A program made the translations under genes and the position numbers. Below, one piece after another: positions 19,529 to 29,531 of a stretch of DNA of 64,000 bases (positions within the stretch are counted from its first letter, which is position 1; each line of letters begins with the position of its first letter). The notes under the pieces were generated by a model. That model was given only the letters and a program-made list of their open reading frames with translations, ran no database searches and was not told the DNA's origin. Source of the stretch: an uncultured Nitrososphaerota archaeon (GTDB lineage: Archaea > Korarchaeota > Korarchaeia > Korarchaeales > Korarchaeaceae); NCBI GenBank assembly GCA_964618805.1, contig CAZUBM010000002.1:67013-131012 (forward strand). The letters are read 5' to 3'.

Positions 19529-20572
19529 TCAGCTTGACTTACTTTTTTCCTTTTTGTACTTATTTAACTCTACAGTTTTGATAGGCTTCTCAGGTAATAA
19601 TCCCTCAGGCTTAAACATGAGTATGAGTATCAGGGTAAGACCTAACAGGATGTACTCAAGCCAGACTACATCGAAGGGCAGTATGGGCTCTAACCCCCTC
19701 TTATAGAATATTATCAGCCTCCTCATCACAATGAAGGTCACGGTGCCAAGGGCAACGCCCCAGTTGTTAGCCATCCCTCCAAGCACTACTATTGTCCAAG
19801 GCCAAAATGTCCAATCTACCCTATCATAAGCTATGCCAGATACGTATGTGATGTAAAACGCGTAAAGAGCTCCAGCTACTGCGGCCGTAGCTGAACTAAG
19901 AACCATTATTTTCATTCTGTAGCCAGCTACATCCTTTCCGAGGACCTCCGCAGCTATATCACAATCCCTGATGGCCTTAAGGGTTCTGCCAAGCGGGGAC
20001 TTGGTAAGTCTCTCTATGTAGGAAAACGTTCCTAATGAGATAATTATTATGACGATGGATATCCCTATAATCCTGTAGGAGCCAGCTAAAAACCTGAATG
20101 GGTCAGGGACAGTCACACCATATGGGCCACCAACCAAAGGAGCGTAGCAATAAGCTACATACCTTATTGCCTCCGCCATGGCTAGCATGAAGATAGCTAG
20201 GTGTTCTCCCTTAAGCCTGGCCACGGGATATGAAGCAAGAAAACCGAACACAGTACCTAAACCGCCAGCAACGATGAGGCTGAGCAGCAGCATAGCGGCT
20301 GCGATAGCAATGTTTTTCTGAAGGAATTTGTTTATAGTCGCCACAACTTTCGTATTATCCATTATGTAGTCGCCTTTTATTGCAAGCAAGTACATTAACA
20401 GCCTCCCAGGAATCGCCCCTATGCTGTAAGCCCCTATAGCCACTGCTCCAGCCTTTCCGAAGTCAGCTATGCCTGTGTAACCATACTCGATGTTCAGGCT
20501 TATCGAGACTATGAGATATATGGCTATAAGGGTTAGAGTATCAAGAACGAACACGATAAGGGCTGGCAACAT
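19529..20572 (-). CDS. livM: Liv-type ABC permease (LivM family)
   Basis: SLNIEYGYTGIADFG, KSPLGRTLKAIRD and VVLGGMANNWG. The start is placed at ATG 20572, which overlaps the livH stop (TAATG). Confidence 0.88.
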   Translation of the reverse strand: MLPALIVFVLDTLTLIAIYLIVSISLNIEYGYTGIADFGKAGAVAIGAYSIGAIPGRLLMYLLAIKGDYIMDNTKVVATINKFLQKNIAIAAAMLLLSLIVAGGLGTVFGFLASYPVARLKGEHLAIFMLAMAEAIRYVAYCYAPLVGGPYGVTVPDPFRFLAGSYRIIGISIVIIIISLGTFSYIERLTKSPLGRTLKAIRDCDIAAEVLGKDVAGYRMKIMVLSSATAAVAGALYAFYITYVSGIAYDRVDWTFWPWTIVVLGGMANNWGVALGTVTFIVMRRLIIFYKRGLEPILPFDVVWLEYILLGLTLILILMFKPEGLLPEKPIKTVELNKYKKEKSKSS

Positions 20573-21531
20573 TATCTGATCACTCCCTTTGCTATAGGTA
20601 TTCTGGATAGCTTGGTCATAACTACTCGCATCGCTTCGGCCCATTCTATTCCGGTGAGGCCCTCAGGAGCGAACAGAAGAGTAAGAGCTAGCATAATGAG
20701 TGGTATGACTATCCTATAGCTTAGGAACCATGGACCTACCCAAGAAGCAACAAAGTAGGTTATAAGGTACTCAGAGAGACCAGCTATGGCTCCTCCAAGC
20801 ATGGCACCGTATATGCTGTAGAATCCTCCAACTATGCTTGCTGTAAAAACGGGAACTATAAGTATAAAGCCCAAGCAAGGACTTCCCCTGAAATAGAAGG
20901 GAAGGAGGGCACCTGATATTCCAGCTAAACCTCCTGACAATATCCAAGAGACTGTGTACACAAGTTCCGTATTCACACCAAATGTGCTGGCCAAATCAGG
21001 ATTTTCTATTGTAGCTCTCATGGCTACACCAAATCTTGTTTTAGTGAGTAATATGTGAAGTGTAGCTACGAAAAGGGTCACACTTAAGATTGAGGAAATA
21101 AAGACGCCTGGTTGGCCTAGGAACTCGAAGTCATATGCCTTAAAAGGCATAAATCCCCTTGCCTTTATCTTATATACCCTAGTAAGCACGTCTGCGTATA
21201 TATTTAGGACAGCAAAGATCAGCATATCGTAGCCAAGCGTAGCTATCATGAGGTGGTCTATTGAGGCTTCTCTATTCATCAAAGGCTTGATAATGAACTT
21301 GTAAAGGGCTAAAGAGGCGAGAGCGCTGAGTAAGAAGGCCAAAGGGAGGCAATAATAGGGGTTCATGCCAAACAACTTCAGCGTAGTCAGTGCAACGAAG
21401 AGCCCTATGACAGCTATCTCTCCATGAGCAAAGTTAGGTACCTTTGTTGTTATGTAGGTTAACGTTAGCCCCGTACTCAGTAATATTAGCATGCAAGAGT
21501 AGGTTATAGCATCCCTAAGTAGTACCCACAA
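20572..21531 (-). CDS. livH: Liv-type ABC permease (LivH family)
   Basis: GLTLTYITTKVPNFAHGE and TRFGVAMRATIENPDLA. Confidence 0.9.
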   Translation of the reverse strand: MWVLLRDAITYSCMLILLSTGLTLTYITTKVPNFAHGEIAVIGLFVALTTLKLFGMNPYYCLPLAFLLSALASLALYKFIIKPLMNREASIDHLMIATLGYDMLIFAVLNIYADVLTRVYKIKARGFMPFKAYDFEFLGQPGVFISSILSVTLFVATLHILLTKTRFGVAMRATIENPDLASTFGVNTELVYTVSWILSGGLAGISGALLPFYFRGSPCLGFILIVPVFTASIVGGFYSIYGAMLGGAIAGLSEYLITYFVASWVGPWFLSYRIVIPLIMLALTLLFAPEGLTGIEWAEAMRVVMTKLSRIPIAKGVIR

Positions 21532-21714
21532 GAGCCTCCCAAATCCATCGATTAAAGCATGCTTTTAAGTATTTCGTGTACCTAAGAGCTGGCAGATGCT
21601 GATAACTTGTTTTCTTGAGCACGAAAGCGCTCATTTAATGATTAGTAAAGAAATTTAACTAAATCTCGGTAAGTCTTTTAATGTTGTAGATTTTCTCTTT
21701 CAGTAGGTGAGAGC

Positions 21715-23010
21715 ATGGTTAAGAATTCCGTAGTTGCAGCCATCGCAATAATATGTCTGATAATAGGTGCTGGCATAGGCTATGCAATTAAAAAGCCCGC
21801 TCCACCTCCAGTCACACCTACACCTACTCCTGCTCCCACACCAGCTCCTCCGCGTCTCACTGGGACACTAAAAATAGGAGGACTGATAGAGCTTACGGGA
21901 GACCTCGGTCCATGGGGACCGATGTATAAGGCTGCTCTGGAGCTAGCCGAGAAGGATGTGAATTCTTGGTTGAAGGAAATAGGTGCTGATTTCACGATAG
22001 ATGTGGTGATAGAGGATGTAGCCAGCGATCCTGACGTAACCCTTGAGAAGATGAAGTCCTTACATGCTGCTGGAGTTCTCTTCTTCGTTGGTCCAACATC
22101 TAGCGCTGAATTGAGCGCTATAAAGGAGTATTCAGATGCTAATCAATTACTCGTGATTTCACATTCTTCTACCGCGGTGGGTTTGTCCATAAAGGACGAC
22201 CTTGTATTTAGGACTTGTCCAAATGATTTTGCTCAGGGCCCCGCCATAGCTAGGATGATATACGACACTGGTGTAGAATATGTCATCATCCTTTACAGGC
22301 AGGATGACTGGGGTATAGGCCTTAAGGACGCGGTTGATAATGCCTTCACTAAGCTAGGAGGTCATGTCTATGAAGCTATACCTTACATAGAAAAGGCAGA
22401 GTACAGTGCTGAGGTGGCAACTTTAAATGACAAGGTTAGTGCTGCTGTTAATGTATACGGGGCTGACAAGGTGGGAGTCCTGGCAATAAGCTTCGGTGAA
22501 ATAGCCTCTATAGTGGAGGCAGCTAAGGAGTACTCAGGCTTGAGGGAAGTGAAGTGGTTTGGATGCGACGGCTTCGTCATGTGTACTGAACTTCTAGATC
22601 CAGCGGTTGTCGATTTTGTGTTGGACACTGGCATGGTTACTACAGTGTTTGCTCCTTCCAGATCACCGAAATTCACACATGTTAGAGAGTACATATACTC
22701 ACAAGTTGGGGAGGAGCCAGATGCATACGCTTATCCGATCTACGATGCAGTCTGGCTGATAGTGCATGGCATAATGCATGTGGGCGAGTATGATCCTATG
22801 AAAGTCAAGGCTGTGCTGCCAAAGATAGCTGAAAACTACTTCGGCGCGACTGGTTGGATGAAGATGAATCCTGCTGGAGATAAAGAGGCATCAGACTATG
22901 ATCTGTGTGCCATAGTGGAAGTGAGTCCTGGAGAGTACAAGTGGGAGTATGTGGGTAAGTGGATATACGCGACGGACACAGTAATATGGACGAAACCCGT
23001 CTACGGTTAA
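21715..23010 (+). CDS. livK: Liv/HAAT-family substrate-binding protein with membrane anchor and Pro/Thr linker
   Basis: TM helix, linker PAPPPVTPTPTPAPTPAPP, LKIGGLIELTGDL, FRTCPND and YDAVW. GGTGA RBS upstream. Confidence 0.9.
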   Translation: MVKNSVVAAIAIICLIIGAGIGYAIKKPAPPPVTPTPTPAPTPAPPRLTGTLKIGGLIELTGDLGPWGPMYKAALELAEKDVNSWLKEIGADFTIDVVIEDVASDPDVTLEKMKSLHAAGVLFFVGPTSSAELSAIKEYSDANQLLVISHSSTAVGLSIKDDLVFRTCPNDFAQGPAIARMIYDTGVEYVIILYRQDDWGIGLKDAVDNAFTKLGGHVYEAIPYIEKAEYSAEVATLNDKVSAAVNVYGADKVGVLAISFGEIASIVEAAKEYSGLREVKWFGCDGFVMCTELLDPAVVDFVLDTGMVTTVFAPSRSPKFTHVREYIYSQVGEEPDAYAYPIYDAVWLIVHGIMHVGEYDPMKVKAVLPKIAENYFGATGWMKMNPAGDKEASDYDLCAIVEVSPGEYKWEYVGKWIYATDTVIWTKPVYG

Positions 23011-23037
23011 GGCTCCAACCCTTTCTTCTTTTTTGCG

Positions 23038-23805
23038 GTGGGATTTGTGTTGGAAGACGTGATACTGCGTACAGAGGGACTTAGAAAATCCTTTGGTGGA
23101 TTAGTGGCATTAGATGGCGTGAGCATAAGTGTGAAGAGGGGCTCAGTTACGCTTATGATGGGACCTAATGGAGCCGGCAAGACGACTTTCCTGAGAACGG
23201 TTTGTGGTATCTACAAACCAGATTCTGGCAGGGTATTCTTTAATGGGCGTGAAATAACTGGACTTAAGCCTCATGAGGTGTATAGGCTTGGACTAGTGAA
23301 GACATTCCAGATACCTCTTCCGTTTACAAAATTAACGGTGCTCGAAAACTTGTTGGTGGCAGCTAGAGGAAATCCAGGTGAGGCTATCTTAAGAGCGCCT
23401 ATGAGGAGGATTTGGAAGGATTATGAGGAGGAACTTGTGGAGAAAGCATTTAGGATATTAGAACTCCTTAAGCTGGATCATCTTTGGGATCGCTATTCTT
23501 ACGAGCTAAGCGGTGGTCAGATGAAACTTCTCGAGATAGGAAGATCCCTAATGAGCGGTGCAAAGATGCTCATGATGGACGAACCTGTTTCTGGAGTGAA
23601 CCCTGTCTTAGCTCACGAGATATGTTCTCGCATTCTCGAGCTACGAGATAAGCTCAATCTCACATTCTTTATAATAGAGCACAGACTAGAAATAGCTCTG
23701 AAGTACGTGGAATATATTTATGTCATGGACAGGGGTATGCTCTTGACGGAAGGAAAGCCTGAGGAAGTTATGGCCAACCCTAAAGTCATAGAGGCATACT
23801 TGTAA
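23038..23805 (+). CDS. livG: Liv-type ABC ATPase (LivG family)
   Basis: GPNGAGKTT, KTFQ, LSGGQ, MDEP and VIEAYL. Confidence 0.92.
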   Translation: MGFVLEDVILRTEGLRKSFGGLVALDGVSISVKRGSVTLMMGPNGAGKTTFLRTVCGIYKPDSGRVFFNGREITGLKPHEVYRLGLVKTFQIPLPFTKLTVLENLLVAARGNPGEAILRAPMRRIWKDYEEELVEKAFRILELLKLDHLWDRYSYELSGGQMKLLEIGRSLMSGAKMLMMDEPVSGVNPVLAHEICSRILELRDKLNLTFFIIEHRLEIALKYVEYIYVMDRGMLLTEGKPEEVMANPKVIEAYL

Positions 23806-23868
23806 GATGAAATGCGATTGTGGTAGGATCATAATCCTAAAGGATTGGAGGCAGGTGGTTAAGGAAGC

Positions 23869-24585
23869 ATGTTGGTCGTTGAAGGTCTGAATGCAGGATA
23901 CAAAAAGTTTCACGTCTTATTTGATGTAGCGCTAGAGGCAAGGGACAAGGAAATAACAGTAATAGTTGGCCCTAACGGAAGTGGTAAGTCTACCTTGCTT
24001 AAGACCATATTCGGTCTTACGACAATATATTCGGGTAATATAAGGCTTGATGGGGAGGAGTTAACCATATATCCACCACATGAGATAGCTAAGATGGGAG
24101 TGGCCTATCTACCTCAGGTAGAGAACGTTTTCGTCAACCTAAGCATAAAGGAGAACTTAATCACCGCATCATATTCGCTGAGGAAGGAGGAGATAGAGGA
24201 TAGGATTGAAGAGGTCCTCAATATGTTTCCGGTTCTTAGGAAGATGATACACAAGAGAGCTAGAAACCTAAGTGGAGGAGAGAGGCGAATGCTAGCTATA
24301 GCTATGGCTCTCCTTAGAAAACCCAAACTCATGATGTTTGACGAGCCTACTACGGATATGGCCCCTAAGTTAGCTAGGCAAATACTGGAGAAGATAGTTA
24401 GCCTGAGGGATGAAATGGGAATGACCATAATTCTCGTCGAACAGAGCGCAAGGAGGGCGCTTGAGATAGGAGATAAAGCATATTTGCTCGTAGATGGGAG
24501 AGTGAACTTTGAAGGAAGGCCTGATGAATTATTAAATCACCCAAGGCTAAGTAAGTTATACTTAGGAATAGAGACCGGCTTGTAA
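23869..24585 (+). CDS. livF: Liv-type ABC ATPase (LivF family)
   Basis: GPNGSGKST, LSGGERRMLA, FDEP and VEQ. Confidence 0.92.
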   Translation: MLVVEGLNAGYKKFHVLFDVALEARDKEITVIVGPNGSGKSTLLKTIFGLTTIYSGNIRLDGEELTIYPPHEIAKMGVAYLPQVENVFVNLSIKENLITASYSLRKEEIEDRIEEVLNMFPVLRKMIHKRARNLSGGERRMLAIAMALLRKPKLMMFDEPTTDMAPKLARQILEKIVSLRDEMGMTIILVEQSARRALEIGDKAYLLVDGRVNFEGRPDELLNHPRLSKLYLGIETGL

Positions 24586-24645
24586 ACTTGTGGACAATAA
24601 TGTCTTTTTTACTCAGATTCATCATAGTAATTATCGAACTTCTGC

Positions 24646-25131
24646 TCATCCTTTTATTGTAATGGTTGATTTGGGCGTCCTCCAAATTTCTTCATACCAA
24701 CTTCCCTTATCCTCCCGCCAAAGCTCTATCCAAAAGAAAAAAGAGTGCTCTCCTGGCAAACTGCTCTCTATCAAAAAATCTATCCTTCCTAGATACCTTC
24801 TCTCATCTCTTCCAATATAAAAAGACTTATTTGGGAAAGCTACCTCATAAAAAGCCTTCTTTCCGACTTCTTCCATCCAATCGAAGTGAATTCCAAACCA
24901 GACTATGGAGATATTCGACTCACCATTTTTTATCCAAACATCCACATAACCCTTTTCACCTAAATGATAAGAACGCTTATTAAAGCGGTACTCCAGAATC
25001 GCATTTGCTACCTTCTCCGATGGAATACTTAAAGGAAGAGATGAGATCTCGGTTCTGATCATCTGCAAGAGGATCAAGGAAAGGAAAAGGAAAATCAAAC
25101 ATGCAACAATGAAGTATCTTGAACTCTCCAT
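24646..25131 (-). CDS. Hypothetical membrane-anchored protein, possibly an Ig-like beta domain
   Basis: N-terminal TM helix followed by a beta-rich domain (YHLGEKGYVDVWIKNG...LPGEHSFFFWIE). Divergent from dacB. Confidence 0.65.
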   Translation of the reverse strand: MESSRYFIVACLIFLFLSLILLQMIRTEISSLPLSIPSEKVANAILEYRFNKRSYHLGEKGYVDVWIKNGESNISIVWFGIHFDWMEEVGKKAFYEVAFPNKSFYIGRDERRYLGRIDFLIESSLPGEHSFFFWIELWREDKGSWYEEIWRTPKSTITIKG

Positions 25132-25240
25132 TCAGTTCTTGAATGATAACAGGCTTTTCTCTTTAAACTTTGACACATGTAAATGCAGTAATTTGGAAAA
25201 GTAAAGCAAGAAATTATTAGTGTGTTAATTTGTCAATCTC

Positions 25241-26680
25241 ATGATGGAATTTCAACCCACAGGGCTGTTAATTATATCGCTTGGAATTTTATTACTTTTA
25301 TCAAGCTTATTTACCCTATTAACTGAATATAAGAAAGTATCAAAAGTCAACAAGCTAGATAAGATGATAAACAGCAGTATTGAGGGGCTTGCTGATGGAA
25401 AAGTTGGAATTTGTGTTCTGGACGCAGAAGGAAACCTAATATACGCTTTAAATCCTGATTTAAAGCTCATTCCTGCTTCTAACTTGAAGCTATTTACTGG
25501 AGCAGCAGCTCTTCTCCTTCTTGGGCCGAATTATGCTTATGAAACTAAGGTTTATTACGCGGGGACCATAAAGAACGGCACGTTACACGGAAACTTAATA
25601 GTAAAGGGATCTGGCGATCCATCCTTAACGTACGAAGACATTAGCAAGATTGCCATTACAGTTTCTAAAATGGTTAAGGCGATTGAAGGGAACATAATTG
25701 TGGATGAAAACATTTTTGATCAGAAGTACGTAGAGAGCAGTTGGGACATAGAGGATCTACAGTACTATTATGCAGCAAGAGTCTCTGGCCTCTCTGTTGA
25801 AAAGAATGTCATAAGGCTTGTTGTATATCCTGGAGAGAAGGAAAGAGAACCAGCGAGGATAGAATTGATCCCAAACACTTCTTATGTAAAGATTATCAAC
25901 ATGGTTAGAACCGTAAGTGGAAGCGACTCAAATATACAAGCAAGAAAAGCTCTTATGGAGAATAGGATCGTATTAAATGGTGAAATTGGAGTTTATTCAG
26001 AATCAATGGAGTTTATAAGGGCAATAGAGGATCCTCCTTTATACTTCGGAACTCTCTTAAGAGAATTGCTTGCTCTAAATGGGGTAGTAGTAAAAGGACA
26101 GGTTAAGAAGGGAATTTTGCCCGCAAATGCTATCGAGATAATGAAAATAAAATCAAAACCTTTGTCCGAGCTTTTAAGGGATATGATGAAGAGCAGCGAC
26201 AACATGATGGCTGAACACCTTTTAAAAACCTTGGGAGCAGTCCAATATGGGAAAGGAAGCTTCGAAACAGGCATAAAGGCCGTAATTTCTTTCTTGAAAG
26301 AGATAGGAATCAACTCAAGCCTAACAATGGTAGATGGATCTGGCTTGTCGCATTTAAATCAAGTTTCTCCTAGAACGATCGCACAGCTCCTGCAAAAGAT
26401 GAAGGAGCAAAAATACTTTGAGTACTTCATAAATTCACTTCCTATAGCTGGAGTTGACGGTACTCTTAAGAAAAGAATGATTGGAACACCAGCAGAAGGT
26501 AAAGTTTTTGCAAAAACAGGAACTTTATCGGGAGTTTCAACTCTTTCCGGCTATATAAAGACGGAGAAAGGGGAAGCAGTCTTTTCTATAATGATAAACA
26601 GTTCAACTCAAGCAAAAGAACGTAAGAGGATAATAGATGAAATCTGCGTTAAGATCCTCGATTATTTCATGGATCAATAG
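25241..26680 (+). CDS. dacB: D-alanyl-D-alanine carboxypeptidase/endopeptidase (PBP4, peptidase S13)
   Basis: SxxK (PASNLKLFT), GSGDPSL, SxN (KSSDNMMAE), DGSGLS, SLPIAGVDGTL and KTG (AKTGTL). N-terminal TM anchor. Confidence 0.93.
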   Translation: MMEFQPTGLLIISLGILLLLSSLFTLLTEYKKVSKVNKLDKMINSSIEGLADGKVGICVLDAEGNLIYALNPDLKLIPASNLKLFTGAAALLLLGPNYAYETKVYYAGTIKNGTLHGNLIVKGSGDPSLTYEDISKIAITVSKMVKAIEGNIIVDENIFDQKYVESSWDIEDLQYYYAARVSGLSVEKNVIRLVVYPGEKEREPARIELIPNTSYVKIINMVRTVSGSDSNIQARKALMENRIVLNGEIGVYSESMEFIRAIEDPPLYFGTLLRELLALNGVVVKGQVKKGILPANAIEIMKIKSKPLSELLRDMMKSSDNMMAEHLLKTLGAVQYGKGSFETGIKAVISFLKEIGINSSLTMVDGSGLSHLNQVSPRTIAQLLQKMKEQKYFEYFINSLPIAGVDGTLKKRMIGTPAEGKVFAKTGTLSGVSTLSGYIKTEKGEAVFSIMINSSTQAKERKRIIDEICVKILDYFMDQ

Positions 26681-27669
26681 AGGTGGCATGCGATCCAACG
26701 TCCGCTTTCTATTTCTCTGATCTCCGGCTCCTTTTCTCTACAAATCTCCCTTGCATAGGGGCATCTCGGATGGAATCTACAGCCTCTAGGGATATTAATT
26801 GGACTTGGTACTTCTCCCGAAATGGTAGCTTTGGCGTTAGTCCTCTTTGGGTCTGGGATTGGTATGGCTCTAATAAGAGCCCTCGTATAAGGGTGTAAGG
26901 GATCATCTATTATATCAGTAGCCCTTCCCATTGCAACAATCTTTCCCAAGTACATCACAGCTATCCTATCACAAATCTGCCTAGCAACCGCTAAATCATG
27001 TGTGATGTATAGAAGAGATGTGCCATAATGATCCCTCATCCTAAGCAGTATCTTCAAAATTCTCGTTCTTATTGAAACATCAAGCATTGAAACTGGCTCG
27101 TCAGCAACGACAAGTTCAGGATTCAGTATTAAGGCTCTTGCAATAGCAACTCTTTGTCTTTGTCCCCCACTAAGCTCGTCTGGAAATCTGTTAAGAAATT
27201 CTTCCGGAGGATTCAAGTCAACTTCTTGAAGAGCCTCTATTACCCTTTCCTCCAATTCAAAACCGTCCTTAAACAACTTGTTTATCACGAGTCCTTCTGA
27301 AACACACTGAAATACAGTAAATCTAGGATCCAAGGAGGCGAATGGATCCTGATAAATTATCTGCATCTTTGTCCTTAACTTCTTAAGTTCTTTTTTATCC
27401 AATTCAAGTATATTGACGCCTTTGAAGAGTACCTTGCCATCTGTTGGTTCTATTAATCGAAGAACGGCTTTTCCTGTCGTTGTTTTTCCACAACCACTCT
27501 CTCCTACAAGCCCTAAAATTTCTCCTTCATTTAAAAAGAAGCTAATTCCATCGACTGCTCTGACATAGGCTTTTTTCTTATGCAATAAGAGATCAAACAA
27601 GCTCCCGCTTACAGGGAAGTATTTCTTTAAATTTTGAACTTCTAAGATCTTTTCTGGCATGTTTGTCAC
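26674..27669 (-). CDS. oppF: Oligopeptide/dipeptide ABC ATPase (OppF/DppF)
   Basis: GESGCGKTT, LSGGQRQR, ADEPVSMLD, HPYT and C-terminal CRFHPRC...C...C. Confidence 0.93.
   Translation of the reverse strand: MTNMPEKILEVQNLKKYFPVSGSLFDLLLHKKKAYVRAVDGISFFLNEGEILGLVGESGCGKTTTGKAVLRLIEPTDGKVLFKGVNILELDKKELKKLRTKMQIIYQDPFASLDPRFTVFQCVSEGLVINKLFKDGFELEERVIEALQEVDLNPPEEFLNRFPDELSGGQRQRVAIARALILNPELVVADEPVSMLDVSIRTRILKILLRMRDHYGTSLLYITHDLAVARQICDRIAVMYLGKIVAMGRATDIIDDPLHPYTRALIRAIPIPDPKRTNAKATISGEVPSPINIPRGCRFHPRCPYAREICREKEPEIREIESGRWIACHLY
26718..26781. repeat. 64-bp exact direct repeat, copy 1 (copy 2 at 27719..27782)
   Basis: TGATCTCCGGCTCCTTTTCTCTACAAATCTCCCTTGCATAGGGGCATCTCGGATGGAATCTACA is identical in the 3' ends of oppF and oppD. 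Confidence 0.9.
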
Positions 27670-28622
27670 CTCCTTAATGCAATATGGCAGGAAACAAAGC
27701 GCCCTTTCTCTACTTCAATGATCTCCGGCTCCTTTTCTCTACAAATCTCCCTTGCATAGGGGCATCTCGGATGGAATCTACAACCTTTAGGAGGATTCAA
27801 AAGATTTGGAGGGCTGCCAGGCACTTCAACAAACTCCTTTTCTCCCTTAATACTTGGAAATGTCCTTATCAGGAATTCTGTATACGGGTGTAAGGGATCC
27901 TCATAGATGTACTCTATTTTCCCAGATTCTACAAGTTTTCCGGCATACATTACGCCAACATCACTGCAAAGCTCAGCAACTACTGCAAGATCGTGAGTTA
28001 TTAGCATAGAAGTTAGGTTGAGCTTTTTCCGTAGATCTTTAATGAGTTCCAATATTTGAGCCTGTGTAATCACATCTAGTGCTGTTGTTGGTTCATCAAA
28101 GATTGTAAATTCAGGATTACATGCCAAAGCCATTGCAATCATAATCCGCTGTCTTTGTCCCCCGCTAAGCTCATGAGGATAATAGTTTATTCTTTCCGGT
28201 GAAATTCCTACTAATGATAGCAATTCTCTAACTCTTTCCTTTGCTTCTTCCTTCTCTAGGTTCTCATGCAATAAGATCGCCTCTAATATTTGATCACCTA
28301 CCGTAAAAACAGGATTTAGGGCATTAAGCGATCCCTGAAAGACGATTGAGATTTTTTTCCATCTTATCTCTTTTTTTAAGGCATCTTCTTTCATTGACAG
28401 AAGGTTCATTCCATTATATTGGATTTCGCCTCCAACTATTCTCCCGTTTGGAGGCAGTAATCGGGTAATTGCGAGAGCAACTGTCGTTTTTCCACAACCA
28501 CTCTCTCCTACCAATCCAAAAGATTTTCCTTTGTCTATTCCAAAAGAAATGCCATCAACAGCCTTTACATAGCCCCTTAATGTTGAATAATAGACCTTAA
28601 GGTCTTTTACGTCCAAAAGCAT
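27666..28622 (-). CDS. oppD: Oligopeptide/dipeptide ABC ATPase (OppD/DppD)
   Basis: GESGCGKTT, LNPVFTVGDQ, YPHELSGGQRQR, DEPTTALDV and HPYT. Confidence 0.93.
   Translation of the reverse strand: MLLDVKDLKVYYSTLRGYVKAVDGISFGIDKGKSFGLVGESGCGKTTVALAITRLLPPNGRIVGGEIQYNGMNLLSMKEDALKKEIRWKKISIVFQGSLNALNPVFTVGDQILEAILLHENLEKEEAKERVRELLSLVGISPERINYYPHELSGGQRQRIMIAMALACNPEFTIFDEPTTALDVITQAQILELIKDLRKKLNLTSMLITHDLAVVAELCSDVGVMYAGKLVESGKIEYIYEDPLHPYTEFLIRTFPSIKGEKEFVEVPGSPPNLLNPPKGCRFHPRCPYAREICREKEPEIIEVEKGRFVSCHIALRR
27719..27782. repeat. 64-bp exact direct repeat, copy 2
   Basis: Identical to 26718..26781. Confidence 0.9.
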
Positions 28623-28628
28623 TTTACA

Positions 28629-29531
28629 TCACATTCTCACTGCTTTTAACCTTGGATTGAAGATCTCATCTAACGCGTTTCCGAGCAAAACGAAGCCTGT
28701 TCCAGTTATCATAATTGCCAGTCCTGGAAATACTATCCACCACCATGCTCCCCTGACTAGGGCTCCTCTTGCCTGCGCATAATAGAGTATTATTCCCCAG
28801 CTAACTACGGTGGGATCTCCCAGCCCTAGAAAGCTGAGGCCTGCCTCAGAGAGGATTCCTCCTACAACAGACATGATTATGTAGATTAGGGCGATTGGAA
28901 ATACGTGGGGGAATATGTGATTAAATATGTTATAGAGAGGATCTGCGCCCAAAGCTCTGGAAGCCTCCACAAATTCCCTTTCCTTAAGTGATAGAACCTG
29001 AGATCTTATTACTCTGGCAGTTCCAGTCCATCCAACTAGTGCTATGACTAGTATTATGTTCCACACACTTGGTTTAGTGTAAGCTACGAGGATTATTAGG
29101 AGCGGGAGGCTGGGAATAATAAGTATAATGTCTGTTATAGAAGACAATACGGAATCGACTATTCCTCCCATATACCCCGCAGTTATCCCAATAAAAGTGC
29201 CAATGATCGTTGAAGAGATGGCAGAGAGGACCCCAACCATGAGTGAAATCCTGCTTCCATATATTATTCTGCTGAAGATGTCTTGCCCCACATCATTGGT
29301 CCCAAAGGGATGCTTAGAACAAGGAGGGAGCCAAGCATCTTTAATATCAAATTTCTTAGGATCATACGGGGCCATATAAGGGGCTAGAATGGCTACTATC
29401 GCTATGGAAACGATTATAATTAGACCAGCAATTCCTTTTTTGTTTGCTTTGAACTCCAATATGAACCTTTCAAACCTTCTTGCGGCGGCTCCCTTTTTTC
29501 TAAACAACATGTTCTTCCACCCGACCATCAC
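28629..29531 (-). CDS. oppC: Oligopeptide ABC permease (OppC/DppC)
   Basis: HPFGTNDVGQDIFSR, EAA loop EFVEASRALGA and EAGLSFLGLG. Confidence 0.92.
   Translation of the reverse strand: MMVGWKNMLFRKKGAAARRFERFILEFKANKKGIAGLIIIVSIAIVAILAPYMAPYDPKKFDIKDAWLPPCSKHPFGTNDVGQDIFSRIIYGSRISLMVGVLSAISSTIIGTFIGITAGYMGGIVDSVLSSITDIILIIPSLPLLIILVAYTKPSVWNIILVIALVGWTGTARVIRSQVLSLKEREFVEASRALGADPLYNIFNHIFPHVFPIALIYIIMSVVGGILSEAGLSFLGLGDPTVVSWGIILYYAQARGALVRGAWWWIVFPGLAIMITGTGFVLLGNALDEIFNPRLKAVRM

Noticed and set aside
21796-21852. Low-complexity CC-rich repeat in the second livK
   Set aside because: It encodes an ordinary Pro/Thr linker of an anchored archaeal binding protein.
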